Positions 1-9,147 are shown, numbered from the stretch's first letter. The stretch: DNA of 37,032 nt from Peptococcaceae bacterium (GCA_013336365.1 JAAXTT010000001.1:1-37032), one strand, 5' to 3'. A program made the numbers and translations. Notes: a model not told the origin generated them from the sequence alone.

Positions 1-425
1 TATCGTCGGGCAGAGGAGCTGCAATGGCTATGAAGCTGGCTTTGGCAGACTCGGAAATAGAACCGTGGGCTGTTGACTATATAAATGCCCATGGAACCTC
101 AACTCCCCTAGGAGATAAGCCGGAGACAATTGCAATCAAGGAAGTATTTGGGCAACATGCCTATAAAATTGCTGTAGGATCAACCAAGTCTATGACCGGG
201 CACCTTCTTGGTGCTGCAGGCGGTCTTGAGGCAGTAGCATCAATCTTGGCCATGGGCAAAGGTATAATTCCCCCAACTATTAATCAGGATAATCCGGACC
301 CGGAATGTGATTTGGACTATATACCCAATGTGGCCAGAAAAAGCGTGGTTAATGTCGCCATGTCAAATTCTTTTGGTTTTGGTGGTCATAATGTCACTCT
401 GATTTTGAAAAAGTTTGCTGAGTAG
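1..425 (+). CDS. fabF: 3-oxoacyl-[ACP] synthase II (KAS II), C-terminal part; the 5' end lies outside the window
   Basis: The frame is open from the window edge. Translation shows conserved KAS II C-terminal motifs: [29 protein letters not shown] and [10 protein letters not shown]. Confidence 0.9.
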   Translation, partial: SSGRGAAMAMKLALADSEIEPWAVDYINAHGTSTPLGDKPETIAIKEVFGQHAYKIAVGSTKSMTGHLLGAAGGLEAVASILAMGKGIIPPTINQDNPDPECDLDYIPNVARKSVVNVAMSNSFGFGGHNVTLILKKFAE

Positions 426-438
426 TGGGGTGGTATAA

Positions 439-1125
439 ATGACCCGACAGGAGTATTTCAACAACATACATGCAAAATTAGGAATAAAATGGAATAATAT
501 AAGCTTGTTGCACATGGCCTTAACTCACAGCTCTTATTCCTTTGAAAAAAAAGACCGTATCATAAATAACCAGAGGCTGGAATTTCTGGGAGATGCTGTG
601 CTTGAGCTGGTGGTCAGCAGCTATCTTTACAATCAATGTGCCTCCTGTTCAGAAGGAGACCTGACTAAATTCAGGGCATCTATTGTATGTGAGTCCTCCC
701 TGGCAAGAGTTTCAAGAGATTTGGGTATCGGTCAGGGCTTGTATATGGGTAAGGGGGAGGAACGATCAGGAGGAAGAGATCGACCTTCTATTTTGGCAGA
801 TGCCTTTGAATCCCTGCTGGGAGCCATTTATCTTGACAGCGGCTTAGATATTGTCAGCAAATTTGCGCTAAAGCATTTGAGTGGGGTTATCTCCGATGTT
901 TTGGAGGGCAGGGTGGAAAGGGACTATAAAACAGAACTGCAGGAAATACTCCAAAAAACATCTAATTACCCGGTAAGCTATGTTATTTTAAAGGAAGAGG
1001 GTCCTGCTCACGACAAGTTTTTTACCTCAGCAGTAGTTCATTTGGGTAAGGAGCTGGGGACCGGTTCCGGTCATTCCAAAAAAGAGGCTGAGCAGCATGC
1101 TGCAAGAGCAGCACTTGGATATTAG
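439..1125 (+). CDS. rnc: Ribonuclease III
   Basis: RNase III signature NQRLEFLGDAVLELVVS and a C-terminal dsRNA-binding domain (GSGHSKKEAEQHAARAAL). SD GGGGTGG lies 5 nt upstream of the ATG. Confidence 0.95.
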   Translation: MTRQEYFNNIHAKLGIKWNNISLLHMALTHSSYSFEKKDRIINNQRLEFLGDAVLELVVSSYLYNQCASCSEGDLTKFRASIVCESSLARVSRDLGIGQGLYMGKGEERSGGRDRPSILADAFESLLGAIYLDSGLDIVSKFALKHLSGVISDVLEGRVERDYKTELQEILQKTSNYPVSYVILKEEGPAHDKFFTSAVVHLGKELGTGSGHSKKEAEQHAARAALGY

Positions 1126-1158
1126 AAAAAATATCCGGACTACATGGAGGTAGATCAT

Positions 1159-2118
1159 TTGAGCTTTATAAACAGACTGAAAGATTCGCTCAGCAAAACC
1201 AGACAGGATTTAGCCGAAAAAATTGACAGCTTGGTAACCGGAAAGAAAAATATAGATGAGAGCCTTTATGAGGAGCTTGAAGAGGCTTTGATCCAGTCAG
1301 ATGTAGGTGCAGAAACTGCCTTTAATCTGGTGGATAAATTAAGAATTGTTACTAAGGAAAACAAGATTTCAGAACCCGGTCAGCTAAAGCCTGCCCTGAT
1401 AAAAATAATTCGGGACATTCTTGAGCAGGAAGAATCAACAGTATTTTTTAGGCAAAAACCCACTGTTATATTGGTGGTAGGAGTGAATGGAGTTGGCAAA
1501 ACAACTACAATAGGAAAATTGGCCAATTATTTAAAAAACGAAGGAAATAAGGTTATTTTGGCAGCTGCAGATACCTTCAGGGCAGCTGCCATCGACCAAC
1601 TGGAGATTTGGGGTAATAAAACAGGGGTAGATGTAATTAAGCATCAGGAGGGTGCAGATCCTGCAGCAGTGGCCTTTGATGCTCTCCAGGCCTCCATAGC
1701 AAGAAATGCGGATATATTAATAGTAGATACTGCCGGCAGACTTCACACAAAGAATAACTTAATGGAAGAACTGAAAAAAATAGGTCGGGTTTTGGCAAAA
1801 GAAATACCTGGAGCACCCCATGAAATATTATTAGTTTTGGATGCTACAACAGGGCAAAATGCTATTAATCAGGCAAAAATCTTTGGTGCGGCATCTGGGG
1901 TCACAGGTATAGTTTTAACGAAGCTGGATGGAACTGCCAAGGGAGGCGTAGTGATAGGAATTAAGGAATCACTGGATATTCCGGTTAGATATATCGGCAT
2001 CGGAGAAGGCATTGATGATTTAAGACCCTTTAAGGCAGCAGAGTTTGCCCAGGCATTGTTCTATGCCGATATTGACTCCAATAATATCGACTCCAATAAA
2101 GACGGGGAAAATTTATAG
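1159..2118 (+). CDS. ftsY: Signal recognition particle receptor FtsY
   Basis: NG-domain GTPase motifs GVNGVGKTTTIGKL, DTAGRL and TKLDG. The ORF-track ATG at 1144 sits inside the SD (ATGGAGGT). TTG at 1159, 7 nt after the SD, gives MSFINRLKDSLSKT, a typical FtsY N-terminus. Confidence 0.9.
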   Translation: MSFINRLKDSLSKTRQDLAEKIDSLVTGKKNIDESLYEELEEALIQSDVGAETAFNLVDKLRIVTKENKISEPGQLKPALIKIIRDILEQEESTVFFRQKPTVILVVGVNGVGKTTTIGKLANYLKNEGNKVILAAADTFRAAAIDQLEIWGNKTGVDVIKHQEGADPAAVAFDALQASIARNADILIVDTAGRLHTKNNLMEELKKIGRVLAKEIPGAPHEILLVLDATTGQNAINQAKIFGAASGVTGIVLTKLDGTAKGGVVIGIKESLDIPVRYIGIGEGIDDLRPFKAAEFAQALFYADIDSNNIDSNKDGENL

Positions 2119-2143
2119 AATTGCAAAATCGGAGGTTGTATAA

Positions 2144-2929
2144 TTGGCTATTAATACCGCAATTATCGGTGGGACAGGAGTATATGATCCCAAGATATTT
2201 TCTTCGGTTCGGGAAGAAAAAATAGAGACACCCTATGGTAATGTTAAAGTTATGATAGGAGATTATATGGGAAATGAAATTGCCTTTATGGCCAGGCATG
2301 GTGATAAGCACCAGGTTCCTCCCCATTTAGTCAATTATCGGGGCAATATTGCCGGATTAAAGCAGTTGGGGGTAAAAAATATTTTTGCCACAGCTGCAGT
2401 AGGCTCACTAAATATGGAAATGGCTCCGGGTAATTTCGTTTTTGTCGATCAATTTCTTGATTTTACGAAGGGAAGAGCCTCTACCTTTGTGGAAGACGGA
2501 GTAGTTCATGTTGATATGACAAAGCCTTATTGCTGCCGCCTGAGAGAGCTTTTAACCGAAACGGCAGTTAAATCAGGGTTAAAGTTTAACAGCAAGGGCA
2601 CCTACGTATGCACTGAGGGACCTCGCTTCGAAACTGCTGCTGAGATAAAGATGTTTCGTCACTTTGGCGGGGATCTGGTTGGTATGACCAGTGTTCCTGA
2701 GGTTGTTTTATCCAGAGAGGCGGGAATCTGCTATGCTACTATTGCAATAGTAACCAACTATGCTGCCGGTATAACCTCAGGTAAGCTTTCTCACCGGGAG
2801 GTTTTGGAGATGATGGCAAGCAGTTCTAAAAATGTTAGATCTCTTCTGGTAAATGCTATTTCCGCATTAAATAATGACATAAACTGCAGTTGCTGCAGTC
2901 ATGAGGAAAAGCTTAACCCGGCAGATTAG
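2144..2929 (+). CDS. mtnP: S-methyl-5'-thioadenosine (or methylthioinosine) phosphorylase, trimeric PNP/MTAP family
   Basis: MTAP-like motifs IIGGTGVY, ARHG..H..PPH.VNYR.N and TEGPRFETAAEI..FR..GGDLVGMTSVPE. TTG start lies 8 nt after GGAGG. Confidence 0.85.
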   Translation: MAINTAIIGGTGVYDPKIFSSVREEKIETPYGNVKVMIGDYMGNEIAFMARHGDKHQVPPHLVNYRGNIAGLKQLGVKNIFATAAVGSLNMEMAPGNFVFVDQFLDFTKGRASTFVEDGVVHVDMTKPYCCRLRELLTETAVKSGLKFNSKGTYVCTEGPRFETAAEIKMFRHFGGDLVGMTSVPEVVLSREAGICYATIAIVTNYAAGITSGKLSHREVLEMMASSSKNVRSLLVNAISALNNDINCSCCSHEEKLNPAD

Positions 2930-2952
2930 CCTCTGAAAGCTGGTGAATTAAT

Positions 2953-3987
2953 ATGCAAAGTATCAGATGGGATAATGGAGAGCTTTTTATCCTGGATCAG
3001 ACAAAACTACCTGATTATGTTGAATATATTTGTTGCAAGGATTATCAAACTGTATTTGAGGCAATTTGTCGACTATCAGTAAGGGGTGCCCCTGCTATCG
3101 GAGCCGCCGCTGCATATGGCTTGGTTTTGGGGGCAATGGCGTTACCTAAAAAAGACCTGACTAATTTTATTAGCCAGGTCGAGAGGATTGCCGGAGTATT
3201 AATGTCCTCAAGGCCAACAGCGGTAAATCTTAAGTGGGCAATTGATAGAATGCTATCCGGGTTAGCTGTCAATAAATTCAATAATTATGACAGGATAATT
3301 AATTTTATGCTTCAAGAAGCAGAATTAATATATCAGGAGGATCTGGAAAATAATAAAAATATTGGCTATTATGGCAATAAATTAATCCCTCCGGGAGCGA
3401 GAATACTGACCCACTGCAATGCGGGAGCACTTGCCACTGCAGGCTATGGCACTGCTTTAGGTGTTATAAGAGCTGCTGCAGAAGCAGATAAGAAAATTAT
3501 GGTTTATGCGGGAGAGACAAGACCTCTGCTTCAAGGGGCAAGACTTACTACTTTGGAAATGATTAATGCCAAAATACCGGTAACCTTGATTACTGATAAT
3601 ATGGCAGGATATTTGATGTATCTTAAAAAAGCCGATCTGATCATTATTGGGGCAGACCGTATAGCAGCCAATGGAGACACTGCCAATAAAATAGGGACCT
3701 ATGGATTGGCAGTACTGGCTAAGGCCCACGGATTGCCTTTCTACGTGGCAGCTCCCCTTTCAACTATAGATATAGAGCTTGAATCAGGCTCAGATATTCC
3801 AATAGAAGAGAGAAGTGGGGATGAGGTAACTCACATTGCCGGAACCAGAGTGGCGCCACCGGGAGTTGATGTTTGGAATCCTGCCTTTGATATAACCCCT
3901 GCAGAATTAATAACCTCGATAATTACAGAAAAAGGGATAGCAGTTCCCCCCTATAGTAAATCGCTTAGAAAGCTATTTGAAACATAA
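2953..3987 (+). CDS. mtnA: Methylthioribose-1-phosphate isomerase (eIF-2B alpha/beta/delta family)
   Basis: Typical N-terminus (IRWDNGELFILDQTKLP), VRGAPAIGAAAAYG, THCNAGALAT, GADRIAANGDTANKIGTY and NPAFDITP. Confidence 0.9.
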   Translation: MQSIRWDNGELFILDQTKLPDYVEYICCKDYQTVFEAICRLSVRGAPAIGAAAAYGLVLGAMALPKKDLTNFISQVERIAGVLMSSRPTAVNLKWAIDRMLSGLAVNKFNNYDRIINFMLQEAELIYQEDLENNKNIGYYGNKLIPPGARILTHCNAGALATAGYGTALGVIRAAAEADKKIMVYAGETRPLLQGARLTTLEMINAKIPVTLITDNMAGYLMYLKKADLIIIGADRIAANGDTANKIGTYGLAVLAKAHGLPFYVAAPLSTIDIELESGSDIPIEERSGDEVTHIAGTRVAPPGVDVWNPAFDITPAELITSIITEKGIAVPPYSKSLRKLFET

Positions 3988-4061
3988 AATTTTTCTTGGA
4001 TAAATTTGGATAAATATAGAGCATATTTATGATTGAACCGGAAACTGAAAGGAGCATAGAC

Positions 4062-5315
4062 ATGGATAAATATTCTATTAAGGATATAGGATTGGCATCT
4101 GAGGGCGAGCTGAAAATTGAGTGGGCCAGAAACCACATGCCGGTATTAAATGCAATAAGAGAAGAATTCGAGAGGGTTAAGCCATTTAAAGGAATCAGAG
4201 TTGCTATGAGTATTCATTTAGAGGCAAAAACTGCCTATTTAGCCCAAGTTATTAAAGCAGGAGGGGCTGAGGTTGCCATCACCGGTTCTAATCCTCTTTC
4301 CACTCAGGATGATATAGCTGCAGCCTTGGCTGTTCAGGGAATAAATGTCTATGCCTGGCATGGAGTTACCGACAGTGAATATCGTAAGCATATACTTCAA
4401 ACTTTGGATACAAATCCTAAAATTATTATCGATGATGGTGGGGATCTGGTTAATGCACTCCACAAGGAAAGAAGGCATCTGGCCAAAGATGTTTTAGGTG
4501 GATCAGAGGAAACTACAACGGGGGTAATCAGGTTAAAATCAATGGACAAAGCCGGTGAATTGCTTTTTCCAATGATGGCAGTAAATGATGCCCGATGCAA
4601 GTATCTTTTTGACAACAGGTATGGAACCGGTGAGTCTGTTATGTCAAGTATAATGAGAACAACAAATTTGCTTATATCCGGAAAGTCGGTAGTGGTAATG
4701 GGCTATGGTTGGTGCGGCCGGGGTGTAGCCATAAAGGCCAAAGGTCTGGGAGCAAAGGTAATAATTTGTGAAGTGGATCCTATTAGGGCAATTGAGGCTG
4801 TGATGGATGGTTATCAGGTCATGTCCAGCAATGAAGCAGCCAGAATAGGTGATATGTTTATAACAGTTACCGGCTGCTGTGACATACTGAGAGGGCAGCA
4901 TTATAAATTAATGAAAAATGGGGCTATCCTAGCAAATGCGGGACATTTTGATTTGGAAATAAATAAGCATGAATTATCGGAACTTTCTGTAAGCAGAAAA
5001 ATAGCACGTAAAAACATAGAGGAATTTACTCTTGAAAACTCTAAGAAGGTATATCTGCTCGGCGAGGGAAGACTGGTAAATCTCGCTGCCGGAGATGGGC
5101 ATCCGGTTGAGATTATGGATATGTCCTTCGCACTGCAGGCACTGTCTGCCCGACATATTTTGGATAATTCCGGTCAAATGGAAAATAAAGTTTATCAGGT
5201 TCCCGAGGCTATAGATCAAAGGGTCGCTGCAATTAAGCTGGAATCTCTGGGCATTGCTATAGATCATCTAACTTTAGATCAGCAGAATTACTTGGAGAGC
5301 TGGAATCACAGCTAG
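4062..5315 (+). CDS. ahcY: Adenosylhomocysteinase, short ~417-aa type (a possible S-inosylhomocysteine hydrolase cannot be excluded)
   Basis: AhcY motifs LAEWGR-like IEWARNHMPVL, HLEAKTA, DDGGD, EETTTGV and the NAD-binding GYGWCGRG. I place the start at ATG 4062, 7 nt after AAAGGAG. The ORF-track start 4029 has no SD. Confidence 0.9.
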   Translation: MDKYSIKDIGLASEGELKIEWARNHMPVLNAIREEFERVKPFKGIRVAMSIHLEAKTAYLAQVIKAGGAEVAITGSNPLSTQDDIAAALAVQGINVYAWHGVTDSEYRKHILQTLDTNPKIIIDDGGDLVNALHKERRHLAKDVLGGSEETTTGVIRLKSMDKAGELLFPMMAVNDARCKYLFDNRYGTGESVMSSIMRTTNLLISGKSVVVMGYGWCGRGVAIKAKGLGAKVIICEVDPIRAIEAVMDGYQVMSSNEAARIGDMFITVTGCCDILRGQHYKLMKNGAILANAGHFDLEINKHELSELSVSRKIARKNIEEFTLENSKKVYLLGEGRLVNLAAGDGHPVEIMDMSFALQALSARHILDNSGQMENKVYQVPEAIDQRVAAIKLESLGIAIDHLTLDQQNYLESWNHS

Positions 5316-5344
5316 TTTACAGACCATTAATGGAGGTAGCGGGA

Positions 5345-6655
5345 TTGGATAAGTTATTGATAAAAAACGCAGTAATAATCACCATGGAAGGAAAGGAATC
5401 CATTTTTCAAAAAGGTGATATCGCTGTAAAAGGACAGTATATATTTTGGGTTGGCCAAGTAAATTCGGTGCCAAAGGAATTTGTTCCGGACAAAGTTATT
5501 GATGCTACCCAAATGCTTGCTTTGCCCGGCTTAATAAACTGTCATACCCATTCGGCAATGACCATGATGAGAAGCTATGCTGATGATCTGCCCTTGATGA
5601 AGTGGTTGGAGGAAAAAATATGGCCCTTCGAAGCACTGATGGAAGAAGATGACATTTATTGGGCATCCCTGCTTTGCTGTCTCGAAATGATTAAGTCAGG
5701 TACAACAACCTTTGCAGATATGTATTTTCACATGAACAGTGTCGCTAAGGCTGTTGAACAGGCAGGTATAAGAGCTGATCTTTCAAGAGGCCTGATTGGG
5801 GTAGGGCCGGAAGCTGAATCGGCACTAATTTTCAGCAAGGATTTTGTAGCCCAATGGCATCATCAGGCCAATGACAGAATAAGGGTAAGATTTGGTCCCC
5901 ACGCCCCCTATACCTGCCCCCCGGATTATCTGAAAAAAACAATTAAACTGGCTAAAGAGCTTGATGTAGGTTTACATATTCACCTATCGGAGACCTTGTC
6001 AGAGGTGAATGATATTTACAATCAGCACAGCTTGTCTCCTATTGAACTGATGGATAATATCGGACTATTTGAATTACCGGTAATTGCTGCTCATTGTGTA
6101 CATGTTGATGGAAAGGATATAGAAATTCTTGCCAAGAGAAAGGTCGGGGTGGCCCATAACCCAGAAAGCAATATGAAGCTGGCCAGTGGAATTGCCCCAG
6201 TCAATGAAATGCTTAATGGGGGAGTGAAAGTTGGTCTTGGTACTGATGGTCCTGCCAGCAACAACAATCTGGATATGCTGGAGGAAATGAGAACTGCAGC
6301 CTTGCTTCACAAGGTAAGCACCGGAAACCCCCAAGTCCTGCCTTCCTTCCAAGCCTTGCAGATGGCTACCATTGGCGGAGCAGCTGCTTTGGGAATGGCA
6401 GATGAGATTGGACTGCTAAAAAAAGGCTATAAAGCGGATATTATTTTATTAAATACTAAAAAGCCGCACTTTTATCCCAGAAATGATTGGGTTTCAAACA
6501 TCGTTTATGCAGCACAGTCCTCAGATGTAGAGACAGTAATCATTGATGGCAAGATAGTAATGGAAAAAGGTAAGGTATTAACTATCGATGAGGAAGAGGT
6601 CTATCGCCAAGTTCAAGTCAGAACAGAAAAACTAACAGAAAAATTGGGTGGCTAA
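5345..6655 (+). CDS. mtaD: 5-methylthioadenosine / S-adenosylhomocysteine deaminase (amidohydrolase superfamily)
   Basis: Amidohydrolase metal motif NCHTHSAM, then HLSET and GTDG..SNN. The N-terminus LLIKNAVIITME is typical of MtaD. The ORF-track ATG 5330 is part of the SD (ATGGAGGT); TTG 5345 lies 8 nt after GGAGG. Confidence 0.85.
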   Translation: MDKLLIKNAVIITMEGKESIFQKGDIAVKGQYIFWVGQVNSVPKEFVPDKVIDATQMLALPGLINCHTHSAMTMMRSYADDLPLMKWLEEKIWPFEALMEEDDIYWASLLCCLEMIKSGTTTFADMYFHMNSVAKAVEQAGIRADLSRGLIGVGPEAESALIFSKDFVAQWHHQANDRIRVRFGPHAPYTCPPDYLKKTIKLAKELDVGLHIHLSETLSEVNDIYNQHSLSPIELMDNIGLFELPVIAAHCVHVDGKDIEILAKRKVGVAHNPESNMKLASGIAPVNEMLNGGVKVGLGTDGPASNNNLDMLEEMRTAALLHKVSTGNPQVLPSFQALQMATIGGAAALGMADEIGLLKKGYKADIILLNTKKPHFYPRNDWVSNIVYAAQSSDVETVIIDGKIVMEKGKVLTIDEEEVYRQVQVRTEKLTEKLGG

Positions 6656-6703
6656 TCGGCTGCCCTTAAAGTCCGAGTAAATAAATTTTTGGAGGTTAAC
6701 AAA

Positions 6704-7879
6704 ATGGCTGTTGTAATGTTGCTGTCAGGGCGTCAAGCAAGGGTTGCTGCAGGTCACCCCTGGATATACAGCACAGAGGTTGCCAAAATCGAGGGAGAAT
6801 TTGTGCCGGGAGATATTGTTGAGGTTACTGACAGTAGAGGAAGATTTATAGGAAAGGGATATATCAATCCTGCATCAAAGATATTAATCCGAATTATGAC
6901 TAGAGATAAGGATGAAAATATAGACCGAGATTTTTTTCTTAACAGGATACGAACTGCGTTATCCTACCGCAATAAGGTTGTTAAAGACAGTAATGCCTAC
7001 CGTTTGGTCTATGGTGAGGCAGATTTTATACCAGCCTTGATTGTAGATAAGTATGGTGATTATCTTTCTGTGCAGACATTGGCATTGGGGATTGAAGGAT
7101 ATAAGGATATTATTATTGATGTGTTAAAAGAGGTAGTTAATCCAACAGCTATTTATGAACGTAATGATGTTTCTGTAAGAGAATTGGAAGGGCTTAGTCA
7201 GCATAAGGGCTTTATTGGAGAAGAGTTCGATACCTTTGTGGAAATATTGGAGAATGGTTTATATTTTAAGGTTGATATGGCAGAGGGGCAGAAAACAGGC
7301 TATTTCCTCGATCAGAGAGAAAACAGGCTGGCCTTGGAGCAGCTGAGTGCCGGAGCAAGAGTGCTCGATTGCTTTTGTCACACCGGGACATTTTCAGTAA
7401 ATGCCGCACGTTTTGGAGCAAAAGAGGTACTAGGAATTGATATTTCCCAGTCAGCACTTGAGATAGCAAGGGAAAATGCTTCAAGAAACGGTTATAGTGA
7501 AATTTGTACCTTTAGAGAAGGAAACAGTTTTGATGAGCTGAGAGCCATGGATAAGGCCGGTGAAAAATATGATTTGGTCATACTTGATCCGCCGGCCTTT
7601 ACTAAATCAAAAAATGCTTTGGCAGGGGCTATAAGAGGGTATAAGGAAATCAATTTAAGAGGTCTGAAGATATTGGAAAAAGGTGGTTTTTTGGTCACCT
7701 GTTCCTGCTCTTATCATATGAGTGAAGAGCTGTTCCTGGAGGTGCTGCAAAGCTCAGCAAGGGATGCAGGCAGAGATGTAAGAATAGTTGAAATAAGGCG
7801 GCAGGCAAAGGATCATCCTATGTTACTATCCTCCCAAGAGACCCATTATTTAAAGTGTGTAATTTTACAGGTCTTATAG
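6704..7879 (+). CDS. rlmI: Class I SAM-dependent 23S rRNA (cytosine-C5) methyltransferase, RlmI-like, with an N-terminal PUA domain
   Basis: GHPWIY N-terminal motif, QKTGYFLDQRENR, SAM-binding VLDCFCHTGTFS and DPPAF. ATG 6704 follows the SD TGGAGG; the ORF-track TTG 6689 lies in the SD. Confidence 0.8.
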   Translation: MAVVMLLSGRQARVAAGHPWIYSTEVAKIEGEFVPGDIVEVTDSRGRFIGKGYINPASKILIRIMTRDKDENIDRDFFLNRIRTALSYRNKVVKDSNAYRLVYGEADFIPALIVDKYGDYLSVQTLALGIEGYKDIIIDVLKEVVNPTAIYERNDVSVRELEGLSQHKGFIGEEFDTFVEILENGLYFKVDMAEGQKTGYFLDQRENRLALEQLSAGARVLDCFCHTGTFSVNAARFGAKEVLGIDISQSALEIARENASRNGYSEICTFREGNSFDELRAMDKAGEKYDLVILDPPAFTKSKNALAGAIRGYKEINLRGLKILEKGGFLVTCSCSYHMSEELFLEVLQSSARDAGRDVRIVEIRRQAKDHPMLLSSQETHYLKCVILQVL

Positions 7880-7886
7880 ACATGTA

Positions 7887-8441
7887 TTAATAATCTATTT
7901 GTCGGGTTATTGATAGTATTTTACAGCTGTGCTCCAAGCTACTGGTAAGGTGGAGAGTTTCCACAAGGTCTTTTCCTATAGCAAAGGTTCCGTGCCCTTT
8001 TATAACAGCGATTCTGTTATCCTTCAAGATGGTAGGCAAGGTACTCTCCAATTCTTGGGATGCAATAGAAATGCCGGGAGATAGAACAGGAACTGAAGGT
8101 AGCAAGTAAAGTCCTTCTGCATCAATCGGAATAAGTTGGTTTTTTTCCAGCAAGGAAAGGGCAATTACATGGGGTGGATGGGCGTGAAGAATGGCCAAGG
8201 CAGGAGTGTTAAGGTATATTGCTTTATGAACCCCCAATTCTGATGATGCTTGACAGGTAGTATCGTCAATTTTATATAGAGATGTGGTTATAAGATCCCT
8301 ATGAGATAAATTTCCCAGCATAGAACCTCGACGGGTTATGATAATTTTATCATCTATACGGATGCTGATATTTCCGCTATGAGAATTATTCAGACCGGCA
8401 AAAAAAAGATTTTGTCCGATCATTTGGAAAGAACTAAGCAT
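7887..8441 (-). CDS. Class II (zinc) aldolase/adducin-family protein; either a methylthioribulose-1-P aldolase (DHAP-shunt Ald2-like) or an MtnB-like dehydratase
   Basis: Class II aldolase hallmarks: NSHSGNIS, metal ligands HAHPPH and KGHG. SD GGAGG lies upstream. The gene is convergent with rlmI with a 7-nt gap. Confidence 0.75.
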   Translation of the reverse strand: MLSSFQMIGQNLFFAGLNNSHSGNISIRIDDKIIITRRGSMLGNLSHRDLITTSLYKIDDTTCQASSELGVHKAIYLNTPALAILHAHPPHVIALSLLEKNQLIPIDAEGLYLLPSVPVLSPGISIASQELESTLPTILKDNRIAVIKGHGTFAIGKDLVETLHLTSSLEHSCKILSITRQIDY

Positions 8442-8457
8442 TTTGCCTCCAAAAAAA

Positions 8458-8494
8458 GGTAATATGATAATATATTATACATTATCATATTACC
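8458..8494. repeat. Perfect 14-bp inverted repeat GGTAATATGATAAT-(9 nt)-ATTATCATATTACC in a divergent promoter region; candidate operator
   Basis: Read directly. Arm 8458-8471 is the exact reverse complement of 8481-8494. Confidence 0.9.
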
Positions 8495-8498
8495 TAAA

Positions 8499-8527
8499 TG
8501 GACATTTATTTAATTATGGATTATATT
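8499..8527 (+). promoter_or_regulatory. Candidate sigma-A promoter of pabABC
   Basis: TGGACA - 17 nt - TATATT, about 18 nt upstream of the pabA start. Confidence 0.5.
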
Positions 8528-8544
8528 TCCCCGGGGTGATTCAC

Positions 8545-9147
8545 TTGGTTCTAATGATTGATAATTATGATTCATTTGTTTATAATCTTGTTCAATATCT
8601 GAGGGAGATGGGGCAAGAGGTTCAAGTATATCGCAATGACAAAATAACCTTGGATATGGTGGAAAGAATCAAACCGGACCATATAATAATATCTCCCGGC
8701 CCATGTACACCTGATAAGGCAGGTGTTTCTTTGAATATAATAAAATCTTTTTCCGGCAGGATTCCGATTTTAGGAGTATGCTTGGGGCATCAGGCCATCG
8801 GTCAGGCATTTGGTGGCCGAGTTGTTCGAGCTCCCAGACCTATTCACGGCAAATCGTCAAGAATCAAACATGATGGCAGAGGAGTATTTTTTGACTTACC
8901 CCAGCAGCTGGAGGTGGGACGATATCACTCCTTGGTTGTTTCATCGGAATCAGTCCCTGATTGTCTTGAAGTATCAGCGTTAAGTCCTGATGGTGAAATT
9001 ATGGGTCTCAGACATCGCAAGTATAAGGTTGAGGGAGTTCAGTTCCATCCCGAATCAATTTTAACTGATTTTGGCAAGGAAATGCTTGATAATTTTTTGA
9101 GATCTGGAGATAGGCTTGATGAATCTGGTTATATCAAAGAAACTTAA
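8545..9147 (+). CDS. pabA: Aminodeoxychorismate/anthranilate synthase component II (glutamine amidotransferase)
   Basis: MIDNYDSFVYNLVQYL, catalytic GVCLGHQ, and HPES near the C-terminus. TTG 8545 lies 6 nt after GGGGTG (ATG 8554 is an alternative). The ORF-track start 8443 adds about 34 non-homologous residues. Confidence 0.85.
   Translation: MVLMIDNYDSFVYNLVQYLREMGQEVQVYRNDKITLDMVERIKPDHIIISPGPCTPDKAGVSLNIIKSFSGRIPILGVCLGHQAIGQAFGGRVVRAPRPIHGKSSRIKHDGRGVFFDLPQQLEVGRYHSLVVSSESVPDCLEVSALSPDGEIMGLRHRKYKVEGVQFHPESILTDFGKEMLDNFLRSGDRLDESGYIKET

Noticed and set aside
1-60. Whether the left window edge also carries a fold-back like the right edge.
   Set aside because: I did not find the reverse complement of the first ~25 nt in the following few hundred bases. 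The fabF frame reads colinearly from the edge.
3988-4061. Possible SAH riboswitch upstream of ahcY, and a possible SAM-type riboswitch upstream of speH (27516-27597).
   Set aside because: Both leaders are only about 70-80 nt. I could not find the conserved pseudoknot or helix elements of these riboswitch classes. Only short AT-rich hairpins are present.
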